DNA of 25,690 bases from Thermoanaerobaculia bacterium (GCA_036403495.1 DASWQX010000043.1:1-25690), one strand, 5' to 3'; counted from the stretch's first letter, positions 9,114 through 17,794 are shown. Notes: generated by a model not told the origin, from the sequence alone. Numbers and translations: made by a program.

Positions 9114-10222
9114 CCCCCGGCCAGGGCCGCGAGCAGCGCCGCGGCGACGCGCCGCACGTGCTCCCTGGTCATGCCGACCCAGGTCGGGAGGCTGAGGCCG
9201 CGCTCGCCCAGCCACTCGGCCTCGGGGCACTCCGCCGGCCGCCCCGTCCGGTAGGGCGGCAGGGTGTGGCAGGGATAGAAGAACGGCCGGCTGTCGACGC
9301 CTTCCCGCCGCAGCCGCGCCATCACCTCGTCGCGGGCGGCGCCCGCGTGCCCCGGGAGCACGCCGCTGAACAGCCAGCAGATGCTGCGCTCGCCCCCCTC
9401 CCGGGCCTGCAGGGTGATCTCACCGCGTCCGGCGAGCTCCTCCCGGTACCAGGCGTCGATCTCGTCGCGGGCCGCCAGGTAGTCGTCGATCCGCTCGAGC
9501 TGTGCGAGCCCCAGGGCCGCCTCGATGTTGGTCATGCGGTAGTTGTAGCCCACGACCGGGAACCAGTAGCGCCGTTCGAAGTCCTGCCCCTGCCCCTTGA
9601 GCTGGCGGATCTTGCGCGCCAGGGCCGGGTCGCCGGTCAGCACCATCCCCCCCTCGCCGCAGGTGATGACCTTGTTGCCGAAGAAGCTGAAGGCGCTCAC
9701 GTCGGCCAGCGATCCGGCGGGGCGGCCGCCGTAGGTGGCGCCGACGGCCTCGGCCACGTCCTCGACCACGGCGAGGCCGCGGGCGCGGGCGATCGCCAGG
9801 ATCGCGGCCATCGGCGCCGGCTTGCCGTAGAGGTGCACGGCCATGACGGCCCGGGTCCGGGGAGTGATCTTGCGCTCCAGGTCGGCGGGGTCGAGGTTCC
9901 AGGTCCGGCGGTCGCAGTCGACGAACACCGGCTCGGCGCCGCAGTAGCGCACGGCGTTGGCCGAGGCGATGTAGGTGAGCGAGGGCACCAGCACCTCGTC
10001 GCCGGGGCCGATGCCGATCCCGAGCAGGGCGAGGTGGAGGGCCACGGTGCCGTTCGCGCAGCTCACCGCGTGGCCGGTCCGGCAGTAGGCGGCGAAGCGC
10101 TGCTCGAAGGTCTCGATGAAGGCGCCGATCGACGAGATCCAGGTCGAGTCCAGGCATTCGTTGACGTAGCGCTTCTCGTTCCCCAGGAGGGCCGGAGCGG
10201 AAACCGGGATGAAGTCGGTCAT
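9110..10222 (-). CDS. per: DegT/DnrJ aminotransferase, GDP-perosamine synthase type
   Basis: YVNECLDSTWISS, NGTVALHLALL, VPSLTYIAS, VHLYG, FSFFGNKVITCGEGGM (PLP Lys) and GYNYRMTN match the Per/RfbE family signature as I recall it. Confidence 0.88.
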   Translation of the reverse strand: MTDFIPVSAPALLGNEKRYVNECLDSTWISSIGAFIETFEQRFAAYCRTGHAVSCANGTVALHLALLGIGIGPGDEVLVPSLTYIASANAVRYCGAEPVFVDCDRRTWNLDPADLERKITPRTRAVMAVHLYGKPAPMAAILAIARARGLAVVEDVAEAVGATYGGRPAGSLADVSAFSFFGNKVITCGEGGMVLTGDPALARKIRQLKGQGQDFERRYWFPVVGYNYRMTNIEAALGLAQLERIDDYLAARDEIDAWYREELAGRGEITLQAREGGERSICWLFSGVLPGHAGAARDEVMARLRREGVDSRPFFYPCHTLPPYRTGRPAECPEAEWLGERGLSLPTWVGMTREHVRRVAAALLAALAGG

Positions 10223-10881
10223 CGGGTCCTTTCTTGCCGTCCGCCGGCGCGGTGGAGGGGCCGGGCGGGGTTGCCGGCCACCGTGGCGCCGGGCGGCACG
10301 TCGTGGATCACGACGGAACCGGCGCCGACCACGGCCCAGGCGCCGATCCGCACCGGCCGTCCGCGGCCGACCACCGAGCCGACGCCGACCAGGGCGCCGT
10401 CCTCCACCGTCACGTAGCCGGCGAGCCGGCAGCCGGGTGCCACGTGTGCGTCGCGGCCGATCCGTCCGTCGTGATCCACCGAGGCGGCGGTGTTGATGAT
10501 GGCATTTTCGAGCACCACGGCGCCGGCGTTGAGCACGGCGTTGGCCATGACGGCGACCCCCCGCCCGAGGGTGGCGGAGGGGGAGATCCGGGCCGCCGGG
10601 TGGATGGCGCTGGCGAGCTCGAAGCCGAGCTCCTCGACCCGCCGCGCCAACCGGCCGCGGAGAGCGTTGTCGCCCAGGGCCACGATGGCGTGGCGCACCG
10701 TCCGCGCCAGCGCGGGGAGCGCGCTGTCGTCGCCCAGGCAGGGGATCTCCCCGAACGAGCTGCCGGCTCCCGCGGGGTCGGTGAAGCCCGCCACCCGGAG
10801 ACCGGCGGCGAGGAGCGTCTCCATCACCACCCGGGCGTGGCCGCCGCCCCCCACCACCACGATGCCCTCGTCCCGGCTCAT
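10219..10881 (-). CDS. Sugar N-/O-acetyltransferase, NeuD/PglD/PerB family (hexapeptide repeat)
   Basis: VVGGGGHARVV, ALGDNALR, IHPAARIS, SVDHD catalytic His, hexapeptide repeats, VAGNPAR; directly upstream of per. Confidence 0.9.
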   Translation of the reverse strand: MSRDEGIVVVGGGGHARVVMETLLAAGLRVAGFTDPAGAGSSFGEIPCLGDDSALPALARTVRHAIVALGDNALRGRLARRVEELGFELASAIHPAARISPSATLGRGVAVMANAVLNAGAVVLENAIINTAASVDHDGRIGRDAHVAPGCRLAGYVTVEDGALVGVGSVVGRGRPVRIGAWAVVGAGSVVIHDVPPGATVAGNPARPLHRAGGRQERTR

Positions 10882-11996
10882 TGGGAGTAGGCCTCCAGGC
10901 AGCGCCGCGCCACTCCGTCCCAGGTGAACAGCTCCTCGATCCGCAGGCGGGCGGCCCGGCCCATCCGCCCGGCGAGCTCCGGGTCGGCGAGCAGCCGCCG
11001 CAGCCGGTCGCGCAGCGCCGCCGGATCGCTCGGCGGCACCAGGTAGCCGGTCACGCCGTCGTCTACCACGTGGTGCATGCCGCCGACCCGGCTGACCACC
11101 ACCGGCGCGCCGCAGGCCATCGCTTCCATGGCGGTGAACCCCAGGAGCTCAGGCAGCGCCGTCTCGTCGCCGTAGACCGTGCGGTTCACCGAGGGGAGGA
11201 CGGAGACGGCGGCGGCGCGGTAGCAGTCGCGGATCTGCTCGTCCGTGGCGTCGGTTATGAAGGTCACGTCCTTCCCGGCGGCCAGGCGCTGCAGCAGCGC
11301 GAAGTACTCGTCGTGGTAGCGCCGCCCCACGATCCGCAGCGGCACCCCGGGGTCCACCGCCGCGATCAGCACGTCCACCCCCTTGTGCGGGAGGAGCCGG
11401 CCGACGAACAGCACGCCCTCCCGGCGGACCTCCGGGTCGGGCCGGAAGCGCTCGGTGTCGATCCCCGCGAAGAGGATGCTCCAGCGGTCGCGATGGGCCA
11501 GGAACTGGGAGCCCCCCTCCTCGGCGATCAGCAGGAAGCGGTCGACCCAGCGGGCGATGGGAAGCCAGCGTACCAGCGTCACGCTGGCGCCGCCGCCGAC
11601 GTCGGTGACCATCGCCTTGCGGCCGGTCGCGCGGGCGAAGATCACCGAGAGGTCGGTGACCAGGGTGTTCCAGGCCAGGCAGTGGACCACGTCGACGTCG
11701 GCGAGGTCGCGCAGGAAGCTCACCGAGAAGGGGTTGGCTTTCATGCCGTGCACCCAGCGCAGCGGCTCGTGGATGGAGACCTCGAGGGGGCCGTCGAATT
11801 CCCGGCGCGGGCGCGAGCCGAAGCTGACCAGCCGCGTGGGCGTCCGCTGCGCCAGGGCCCGCGCCAGCTCGTGGGCGTAGCGCTCGCCGCCGCCGAAGAT
11901 GCCGTCCTCGCCGAACGGCGTAGGGTAGACGACGGCAACCCTGGGCGATGGGGGCGTTTCCTGCATGGGCGGGCTCGGGGGGAGCGGAGAGGGCAT
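10878..11996 (-). CDS. Glycosyltransferase family 4
   Basis: VAVVYPT..GGGERY, FAGIDTERF, FVGRLLPHKG, ELLGFTAMEAMACGAPVV. Start is ATG 11996 or 11966. Confidence 0.88.
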   Translation of the reverse strand: MPSPLPPSPPMQETPPSPRVAVVYPTPFGEDGIFGGGERYAHELARALAQRTPTRLVSFGSRPRREFDGPLEVSIHEPLRWVHGMKANPFSVSFLRDLADVDVVHCLAWNTLVTDLSVIFARATGRKAMVTDVGGGASVTLVRWLPIARWVDRFLLIAEEGGSQFLAHRDRWSILFAGIDTERFRPDPEVRREGVLFVGRLLPHKGVDVLIAAVDPGVPLRIVGRRYHDEYFALLQRLAAGKDVTFITDATDEQIRDCYRAAAVSVLPSVNRTVYGDETALPELLGFTAMEAMACGAPVVVSRVGGMHHVVDDGVTGYLVPPSDPAALRDRLRRLLADPELAGRMGRAARLRIEELFTWDGVARRCLEAYSQ

Positions 11997-12019
11997 CTTG
12001 CGACGAAGCCGTCCGGACG

Positions 12020-13318
12020 TCAAGACCAGTAGACCCAGCGCGGGCGGGTGAAGCCGGCCAGGGCGGTGAGGAGCTGCAGGCTCAGGGCGACGCCGGCGCT
12101 CAGCGCGTTGAACCGCAGCAGGTTGAAGGTGGTCGACAGCGGCAGCAGGGCGACCAGGGCGGCCTGCGCCGCGACCTGCACCGCCAGGGCCGCCCCCTGC
12201 CACCGCGTCCAGGAGCGCGCCAGGTTGACGTTCACGGCGTAGCCGTCCAGCAGGCTCAGACCCGAGGCGGTCACCACCAGGAGCAGCTCCGAGCTCAGGC
12301 CCGCGTACCGCTGCCCCAGCAGCCAGAGGAACAGGCGCGGCGCGGCGGCGGCGAGCAGGATCAGGCCGCCGGCGACGGCGGCGAGCATCCCTCCGAACTG
12401 GAGGTAGCGCCGCAGGTAGTGGCGGTCGTCCACCACGTAGGCGAGCCGGGGGAGGAACACCGTGCCGGTGAGCCCCGCGAACATCCCCACCACCAGGCCG
12501 AGACGCCCGAGGGCCCCCACCTGGGCGATGGTGCGCGTCGAGCCGAAGGTGGCCGACAGCCAGACGATCAGCGGCCCCTGGACCGAGTAGTAGAGAGCGG
12601 CGGGGAGGGTCGGCAGCAGATAGCGGATCACCCGCCGCCGGTAGAGGCCGAGCCCGCCGCCAACGGCCGCTCCCGCCGGCGCGGCCGTTTCAGGGACCGG
12701 CGTGACTGGAACCGGACGGGCGAGGCGGGCGGTCAGCGCCGCGCTCAGGGCCGCGGCCAGGACCCCCAGCCAGGCCTGCAGCCAGGAGGTCAGCACCATC
12801 ACTCCGGCGAGGCCCAGGCGGAGGCCGGCCCCTGCCATCTCGGCCCGGTAGGAGCGCAGGAAGGCGGCGCGCAGCCGGAGCGCCAGGACGCGCAGGGAGA
12901 CGCGGATCTGGAACCAGACGCAGAGCAGGATCCCCGCCGTGCAGAGGGCGATATCCCGCGCCCCGAAGCCCTGGTGTGAAGCCACCGCCGGGAACGCCGC
13001 CGCCACCGCCAACGCCCCCAGCAGGAAGGCTCCCCGGCGTAGCGACAGCACCGCGTCGTGATAGGGCTGGAAGGCCTCGCCGTCGCGGGCGGCGCGGTGG
13101 AAGAAGTGGAGCAGCGAGGTCGTGCTCCCCAGGTCGGAGACGAAGTTGAAGAAGCTGATCACCGAGAACGCCAGGGTGTAGAGCGCGAACTCCCGCACCG
13201 GCATCGAGCGGACGAACAGCAGGCCGGCCGCGATCCCCACCAGTTGGGTGAGCGTCTGGGTGGAGAAGTAGGCGCCGAGGATCCGGGTCCAGTCGGCGAG
13301 GCGGGCGCGGAGGATCAT
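12020..13318 (-). CDS. Wzx-like polysaccharide flippase
   Basis: MILRARLADWTRILG from ATG 13318 (ATGA overlap); many hydrophobic segments, about 430 aa, SDLG motif in helix 2; operon context. Confidence 0.72.
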   Translation of the reverse strand: MILRARLADWTRILGAYFSTQTLTQLVGIAAGLLFVRSMPVREFALYTLAFSVISFFNFVSDLGSTTSLLHFFHRAARDGEAFQPYHDAVLSLRRGAFLLGALAVAAAFPAVASHQGFGARDIALCTAGILLCVWFQIRVSLRVLALRLRAAFLRSYRAEMAGAGLRLGLAGVMVLTSWLQAWLGVLAAALSAALTARLARPVPVTPVPETAAPAGAAVGGGLGLYRRRVIRYLLPTLPAALYYSVQGPLIVWLSATFGSTRTIAQVGALGRLGLVVGMFAGLTGTVFLPRLAYVVDDRHYLRRYLQFGGMLAAVAGGLILLAAAAPRLFLWLLGQRYAGLSSELLLVVTASGLSLLDGYAVNVNLARSWTRWQGAALAVQVAAQAALVALLPLSTTFNLLRFNALSAGVALSLQLLTALAGFTRPRWVYWS

Positions 13319-15072
13319 CGCAGCTCCTCCAGAACCCGCAGCGCCAGCCAACGCGAGCGCTCGCCCGGCCGCCGGGCCGCCAGCTTCGGCCGCATCCATT
13401 CGGCGACCGGAATGTAGAAACCGCTCTTCGGCCGCGCCAGCACCTCTTCCGGCAGCTCCGGGGCGGCCTGGCGGACGAGCGCCGCCTTGCCCTCGCCGCG
13501 GGCGGGCTCGAAACCCCCGGCGGCGAGGCGCGCCCGCAGCCAGGCGTCCACCAGCGGCACCCGCAGCTCGACCGACCAGGCCATCGAGGCCCAGTCCGCG
13601 TCGCGCAGGAGCTGGTTGCGCATGTAGCGGGCGGTCTCCAGGACGTGGACCGCCGTCCAGCCGTCGGCGGCCCGGCCGTTCGCCTCGGCGAGGGCGCGGG
13701 CGGCATCCGCCACCGGGTCGTAGCGGCTCAATCCCTCGGCGGCGGCGTCGCGCCCCATCAGGGCGGGGAGCTCCTCGGGGAGGAAGAGCCCGCGGCGGAG
13801 GAAGTAGGCGCCGGGGAGCGTCCGCCCGTAGCGGAGCACGCCGGCGAGCTTCGGACGGCCCGGCGCCAGCGCGCGGGCGGCGGCCGGCCAGAGCGCGCCG
13901 AGCCCCGGCAGCCGGCCCATCCCGCGCGCCGCGCGCTCCAGCCGGGGGACGCCGGCGAAGGAGGGGTAGCTGCCGAACAGCTCGTCGCCGCCGAGGCCGG
14001 AGAGCACCACCTTGAGCCCCGCCTCATGGGCCTCCCGGCTGACCACGTAGCTGTTGAAGCCGTCGATGCTCGGCTGATCCATGGCGGCGAGAGCACCCGG
14101 CCAGAGCGCCGCGAAGTCGGCCCGGCCCACCCGCCGCTCGACGTGGCGGGTCCCTAGCCGCCGGGCCACCTCGGCGGCCAGCGGCGCCTCGTCCGCCGGC
14201 GTCCCCGCCAGCTCGTCGAAGCGGAGGGTGAAGGTGACGGGGGGCTCCGGCAGATGCCGGCGGGCGAGCGCCGCGATCAGCCCCGAATCGAGCCCCGCCG
14301 AGAGGAAGACCGCCACCGGCACGTCCGAGACCAAGTGTGCCCGGACCGAGTCCTCGACGGCTTCCGCCGGTTTCATCCCGGTCGGTGTGGGCTCGGCGAT
14401 CGCGACCGGCTCGCCGATCCGGCCGTCGCGGATGACCAGAAAATGACCGGCGGGGAGTGCCCGCACGGCCCGGCGGATCGTCAGCGGCTCGGGGACCGAC
14501 CCCCAGAGGAGGAAGCCGGCGACGCCGGCGGGGTCGATCTCGCGCGAGATGGCTCCCCCCGCCTCCAGCGCCTTCACCTGCGAGGCGAAGCGCAGGCAGC
14601 CGCCTTCCGTGGACAGGTAGAGCGGCTTGATGCCGAGCGGATCGCGGGCCAGCAGCAGGCTCTTCTCGCGGCCGTCCCAGATCGCCAGGCCGAACATCCC
14701 GCGCAGGCGGGGGAGCATGGCCGCGCCGTCGCGGGCGTAGAGGGCGAGCACGACCTCGGTGTCGCTGCGCGAGCGGAAACGGACCCCTTCCTCTTCCAAC
14801 TCGCCGCGCAGCTCCTTGAAGTTGTAAATCTCGCCATTGATCACGATCCGGAACCGGCCGTCCTCCGAAACCATGGGCTGCGTCCCGGCCTCGGAAAGGT
14901 CGAGGATTGCCAGCCGCCGGCTCGCCAGCGCCACTTGGGCCTCGCCGTCGATCCAGGCCCCGCAGCCGTCCGGTCCGCGGGCGGTCATGGCGTCGCGGGT
15001 GCGGAGGAGCTCGCCCGGGTCGATCGCGGGGGCCGCGTCCGAGAGGCGGAGGATGCCGTTGATCCCGCACAT
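13315..15072 (-). CDS. asnB: Asparagine synthase (glutamine-hydrolysing)-type amidotransferase
   Basis: N-terminal MCGING, RGPDG, RRLAILDL, NGEIYN, SDTEV, RDPLGIKPLY, FLSAGLDS, SGLGGDELF, VELRVP. Start ATG 15072 (TGATG overlap). Confidence 0.93.
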   Translation of the reverse strand: MCGINGILRLSDAAPAIDPGELLRTRDAMTARGPDGCGAWIDGEAQVALASRRLAILDLSEAGTQPMVSEDGRFRIVINGEIYNFKELRGELEEEGVRFRSRSDTEVVLALYARDGAAMLPRLRGMFGLAIWDGREKSLLLARDPLGIKPLYLSTEGGCLRFASQVKALEAGGAISREIDPAGVAGFLLWGSVPEPLTIRRAVRALPAGHFLVIRDGRIGEPVAIAEPTPTGMKPAEAVEDSVRAHLVSDVPVAVFLSAGLDSGLIAALARRHLPEPPVTFTLRFDELAGTPADEAPLAAEVARRLGTRHVERRVGRADFAALWPGALAAMDQPSIDGFNSYVVSREAHEAGLKVVLSGLGGDELFGSYPSFAGVPRLERAARGMGRLPGLGALWPAAARALAPGRPKLAGVLRYGRTLPGAYFLRRGLFLPEELPALMGRDAAAEGLSRYDPVADAARALAEANGRAADGWTAVHVLETARYMRNQLLRDADWASMAWSVELRVPLVDAWLRARLAAGGFEPARGEGKAALVRQAAPELPEEVLARPKSGFYIPVAEWMRPKLAARRPGERSRWLALRVLEELR

Positions 15073-16205
15073 CAGCTCACCAGTTTCTCCAACAGAGGCA
15101 GCAATCTCTCCCGAAACCGCTCGCCGCTGTACTCCTGCCGCCAGCGCTCGAACCCCGCCTCGCCCATCCTCCTGGCTTCCCCGGGATGGTCGAGCAGGCG
15201 GTAGAGGGCGCCCCGGAGCTCGTCGCGGTCGTCGGGATCGGCCAGCAGGCCGGTCCTGCCGTCCACCACGATCTCCTCGGCGGCGCTGCCGCGGGCGGCC
15301 AGCACCGGCTTGCCCGCCCGCATCGCCTCCAGGTAGACGAGGCCGAACCCCTCGCCCCGGCTCGGCATCGCGAACGCCACGCAACGCCGGTAGAGCTCGG
15401 CGAGGGTCGCCTCGCTCGTGAAGCCGGTGAAGACGACGCGGTCGGACATCCCGAGCCCCGCCGCCTTCGCCTCCAGCCGCGCGCGATCGTCCCCCTCGCC
15501 GGCCGCGACCAGCTTCGCCTCGGGGATCCCGCGCAGGGCTTCCAGGAGCTGATCGTGACCCTTGTAGCGCTCGCGGGCGTCCATCCGCCCCACGATCAGG
15601 AAGAACCCGCGGCCGAGGCGGCCGAGGAGCACGGCGTCGACCGCCCCTTCCGGCCGGCGCTCCTCCAGCGCCAGAGGGAGGACGACGGTGCCGCCGAGGT
15701 CCGGGGCGAACGGCCGCGCGCGCTCCAGAGTGTGGGCGGAGATGGCGAACACCACCGTGGCCCGGGTGAGCGCCCGCCGGCGGTCCCACTCGAGCGGCCG
15801 CCAGACCTCGATGCCGTAGAGCGGGATCAGATAGGGGGCGCGCAGCGGCGCCGGCAGATAGCTCTGCACCCGCGCCGGCCCCAGGAGGTCGAAGACGAAG
15901 GCGGCCCGACGGCCCGTCCACTGGCGTTTCCAGACCGCCAGCGCCAGCGCCCGCTGGTTCCCGGCGAAGCCGCGGACGTCCACCTCCGAGTCCGGCAGCC
16001 CCGCGCCGTCGAGCGACAGGAGCTCGAAGCTCAGATCCCGCTCGCCGGCGAAGCGTGCGCAGCCGCCGGCCAGGAGGCGGCCGGCCGCGGCGCGCCCGCC
16101 GCCGTCCAGCCCGAGGCCGGCGGAGACGAAGACGAGATCGCGTCGGACCGGCGGCTCGAACGGATGCGGGGGGAAAGGATCGACTTCGCGCTTCAGGATC
16201 GGCAC
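15072..16205 (-). CDS. Glycosyltransferase family 4 (first gene of the operon)
   Basis: LYGIEVW, AISAHT, VGRMDARERYKGHD, MPSRGEGFGLVYLEAMRAGKPV. Start uncertain; GTG 16205 is the only in-frame ATG/GTG/TTG between the candidate promoter and the conserved N-terminal strand LVFVSAG. Confidence 0.85.
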   Translation of the reverse strand: MPILKREVDPFPPHPFEPPVRRDLVFVSAGLGLDGGGRAAAGRLLAGGCARFAGERDLSFELLSLDGAGLPDSEVDVRGFAGNQRALALAVWKRQWTGRRAAFVFDLLGPARVQSYLPAPLRAPYLIPLYGIEVWRPLEWDRRRALTRATVVFAISAHTLERARPFAPDLGGTVVLPLALEERRPEGAVDAVLLGRLGRGFFLIVGRMDARERYKGHDQLLEALRGIPEAKLVAAGEGDDRARLEAKAAGLGMSDRVVFTGFTSEATLAELYRRCVAFAMPSRGEGFGLVYLEAMRAGKPVLAARGSAAEEIVVDGRTGLLADPDDRDELRGALYRLLDHPGEARRMGEAGFERWRQEYSGERFRERLLPLLEKLVS

Positions 16206-16261
16206 GTCGGGCTTGCTGCAACTCCGGAGATGGGACGGCTCACGGTCGGAACGCTCGGCGA

Positions 16262-16290
16262 ATTGTTGCAGAAGAAGGGGTTGGAGGCAA
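16262..16290 (-). promoter_or_regulatory. Candidate sigma70 promoter of the glycan operon
   Basis: Minus strand reads TTGCCT-N17-AACAAT with an extended -10 TG (TGcAACAAT). Confidence 0.45.
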
Positions 16291-16320
16291 GGAAGGGAGG
16301 GTGGAAGGGCTCGGATCGAA

Positions 16321-16343
16321 CGCCGGGGCATGGAGCCCCGGCG
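16321..16343 (-). terminator. Stem-loop, probable terminator of the small secreted-protein gene
   Basis: Perfect 9-bp stem CGCCGGGGC/GCCCCGGCG with a 5-nt loop, about 19 nt after the stop at 16362; U-tract weak. Confidence 0.5.
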
Positions 16344-16361
16344 ATTCCAGGCGCGCGCTCA

Positions 16362-16679
16362 TCAATCCTGAATGACGATCGGGAATCCGTTGTCGTCCAA
16401 CTGGAGGGCGGTGCCGGCCGGCAGGTCGTGCATCGAATGGATCTCCCAGTGGCCGCCGGCCGGACGGATCTGCATGAACCGTCCCGCGCCGTCCGGCGTA
16501 TCCACGTAGAAGGTCACGCCGCCGTCTGAGTCGCCCTGCATCCGGATCGTCGGCAGGCCGTTGGCGGTGAGTGCGCAGGTGGTGCTGAAGGTGGCGTGGG
16601 CCGGGGCTGTCGGCAGGAAAGCGAAGGTCAGGGCCAGGACGGGAATGATCAGCAGGAAGGACCGGGATACTTTCGACAT
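16362..16679 (-). CDS. Small secreted hypothetical protein (105 aa)
   Basis: SD AGGAG before ATG; signal peptide MSKVSRSFLLIIPVLALTFAFLPTAPAHA with an AHA cleavage motif; GC-biased third positions. Confidence 0.8.
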   Translation of the reverse strand: MSKVSRSFLLIIPVLALTFAFLPTAPAHATFSTTCALTANGLPTIRMQGDSDGGVTFYVDTPDGAGRFMQIRPAGGHWEIHSMHDLPAGTALQLDDNGFPIVIQD

Positions 16680-16767
16680 TGGAGGCTCCTTTTGAAGTGG
16701 TGTCCCGTCGAATCGACGGAACTCATGTTGTGCCCGCCGGAAGCCTCTGCAAGTCCCGTGACATCGA

Positions 16768-16796
16768 GTTATATATACATTGCAATTCTATGGAAA
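16768..16796 (-). promoter_or_regulatory. Candidate sigma70 promoter in an AT-rich patch
   Basis: Minus strand reads TTTCCA-N17-TATAAC; palindrome ATTGCAAT (16779-16786) in the spacer. Confidence 0.4.
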
Positions 16797-16864
16797 GGGT
16801 TTTATGGCCCGCCGGACCTGGCACCGGCGCAGTCCCACCGGCGCAATCCCGGACGGAGAGGCGA

Positions 16865-17794
16865 CTACTGGATGGGAGAGCCGCGACGCGCCGGTCTGGA
16901 GGCCTTCTTCGCCCCCATCGCCGTCCGCGCCTTGAGCAGGGCCGGCATGTTCTCGCCGATCCAGCGCTCGGCGCGGGTGAGGTTGCGGTACTGGCGCTCG
17001 CGGCGGCGGAACTCGGGGGTATGGAAGAGGCGCTTGCCGCCGCGGATCTCGGGGGGCATGTCGGCGTGGAGCATCTCGTGGTAGACCACCGCCTCGATCA
17101 CGTAGCGCGGCACCTCCGGGTGGTCGAGCACCCGGTGGAGGCGGATCAGTCGGTCCTCGTAGGAGTAGCTGCCGAGCTGGAGGCTGGCGCTCCGGCGGCG
17201 GCCGCAGCGCGAGTGGATCGTCGATTTCCCCCAGGTGATGCCGGCCGCCAGCCGCCCCTCGAAATAGCGCTCGTTGAGCTCGGCGAAGACGTCGCGCAGG
17301 TCGAGGCAGGAGCCCGCCGGCTGGAGGACCAGCTTGCGGATGCGGGCCGCCTGCCGATGGCCGGAGAAGTGCTCGCGGATCAGCGTCAGCGCTTCCCGCG
17401 ACTGGTCGCTCCCCCGCTTGCTCTCGACGAAAGTGGCGACCGCCCGCAGCACCTCCTCGGGCGCCTGGGTGAAGGAGTGGTGGATGCGCAGCTCCAGCGG
17501 CGCCGCCCGGTTCCCCGTGCGCCCGGCGCGGACGCTGAGAATGGTGCGCCGGTTGTCGGTCAGCTCCAGGGAGCGGAGCCGGCCGCCGGTCAGGCGGTTG
17601 AGCTGGCGCAGGAGGTGGAAGCGCTGGGTGTGGGGATCGGCGGGCGCTTGGGGAACCGGCTGGACCACGGGCGCGGCGACCGGGCGGAGCCCGAACAGCT
17701 CCAGTTGGACCGGTCCGCCCGCCGCCGGACGGCGCACGGGCCGCCTCGATTCACGCGGAAGCTGCTGCTGCGCCGAAGATCTCGTCGTACCCAT
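16865..17794 (-). CDS. SprT-like / DUF45-type zinc metalloprotease
   Basis: FAELNERYFEG, LGSYS, IRLHRVLD, VVYHEMLH (HExxH), HTPEF. Start placed at ATG 17794; the ORF-track extension to 18904 is a shadow of the MBL gene. Confidence 0.82.
   Translation of the reverse strand: MGTTRSSAQQQLPRESRRPVRRPAAGGPVQLELFGLRPVAAPVVQPVPQAPADPHTQRFHLLRQLNRLTGGRLRSLELTDNRRTILSVRAGRTGNRAAPLELRIHHSFTQAPEEVLRAVATFVESKRGSDQSREALTLIREHFSGHRQAARIRKLVLQPAGSCLDLRDVFAELNERYFEGRLAAGITWGKSTIHSRCGRRRSASLQLGSYSYEDRLIRLHRVLDHPEVPRYVIEAVVYHEMLHADMPPEIRGGKRLFHTPEFRRRERQYRNLTRAERWIGENMPALLKARTAMGAKKASRPARRGSPIQ

Noticed and set aside
14191-14210. Sequence similar to the REP-like element at 25509
   Set aside because: It lies in asnB coding sequence (GTPAD) and is an imperfect match; coincidental.
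16206-16320. JUMPstart/ops element ahead of the glycan operon
   Set aside because: No GGCGGTAG-type motif on the minus strand.
629-16529. Many long plus-strand ORFs opposite the glycan operon (for example 2439-4073, 4534-5784, 9158-10417, 15186-16529)
   Set aside because: Antisense shadows typical of high-GC DNA: no recognisable motifs, and each fully overlaps a well-supported minus-strand gene.
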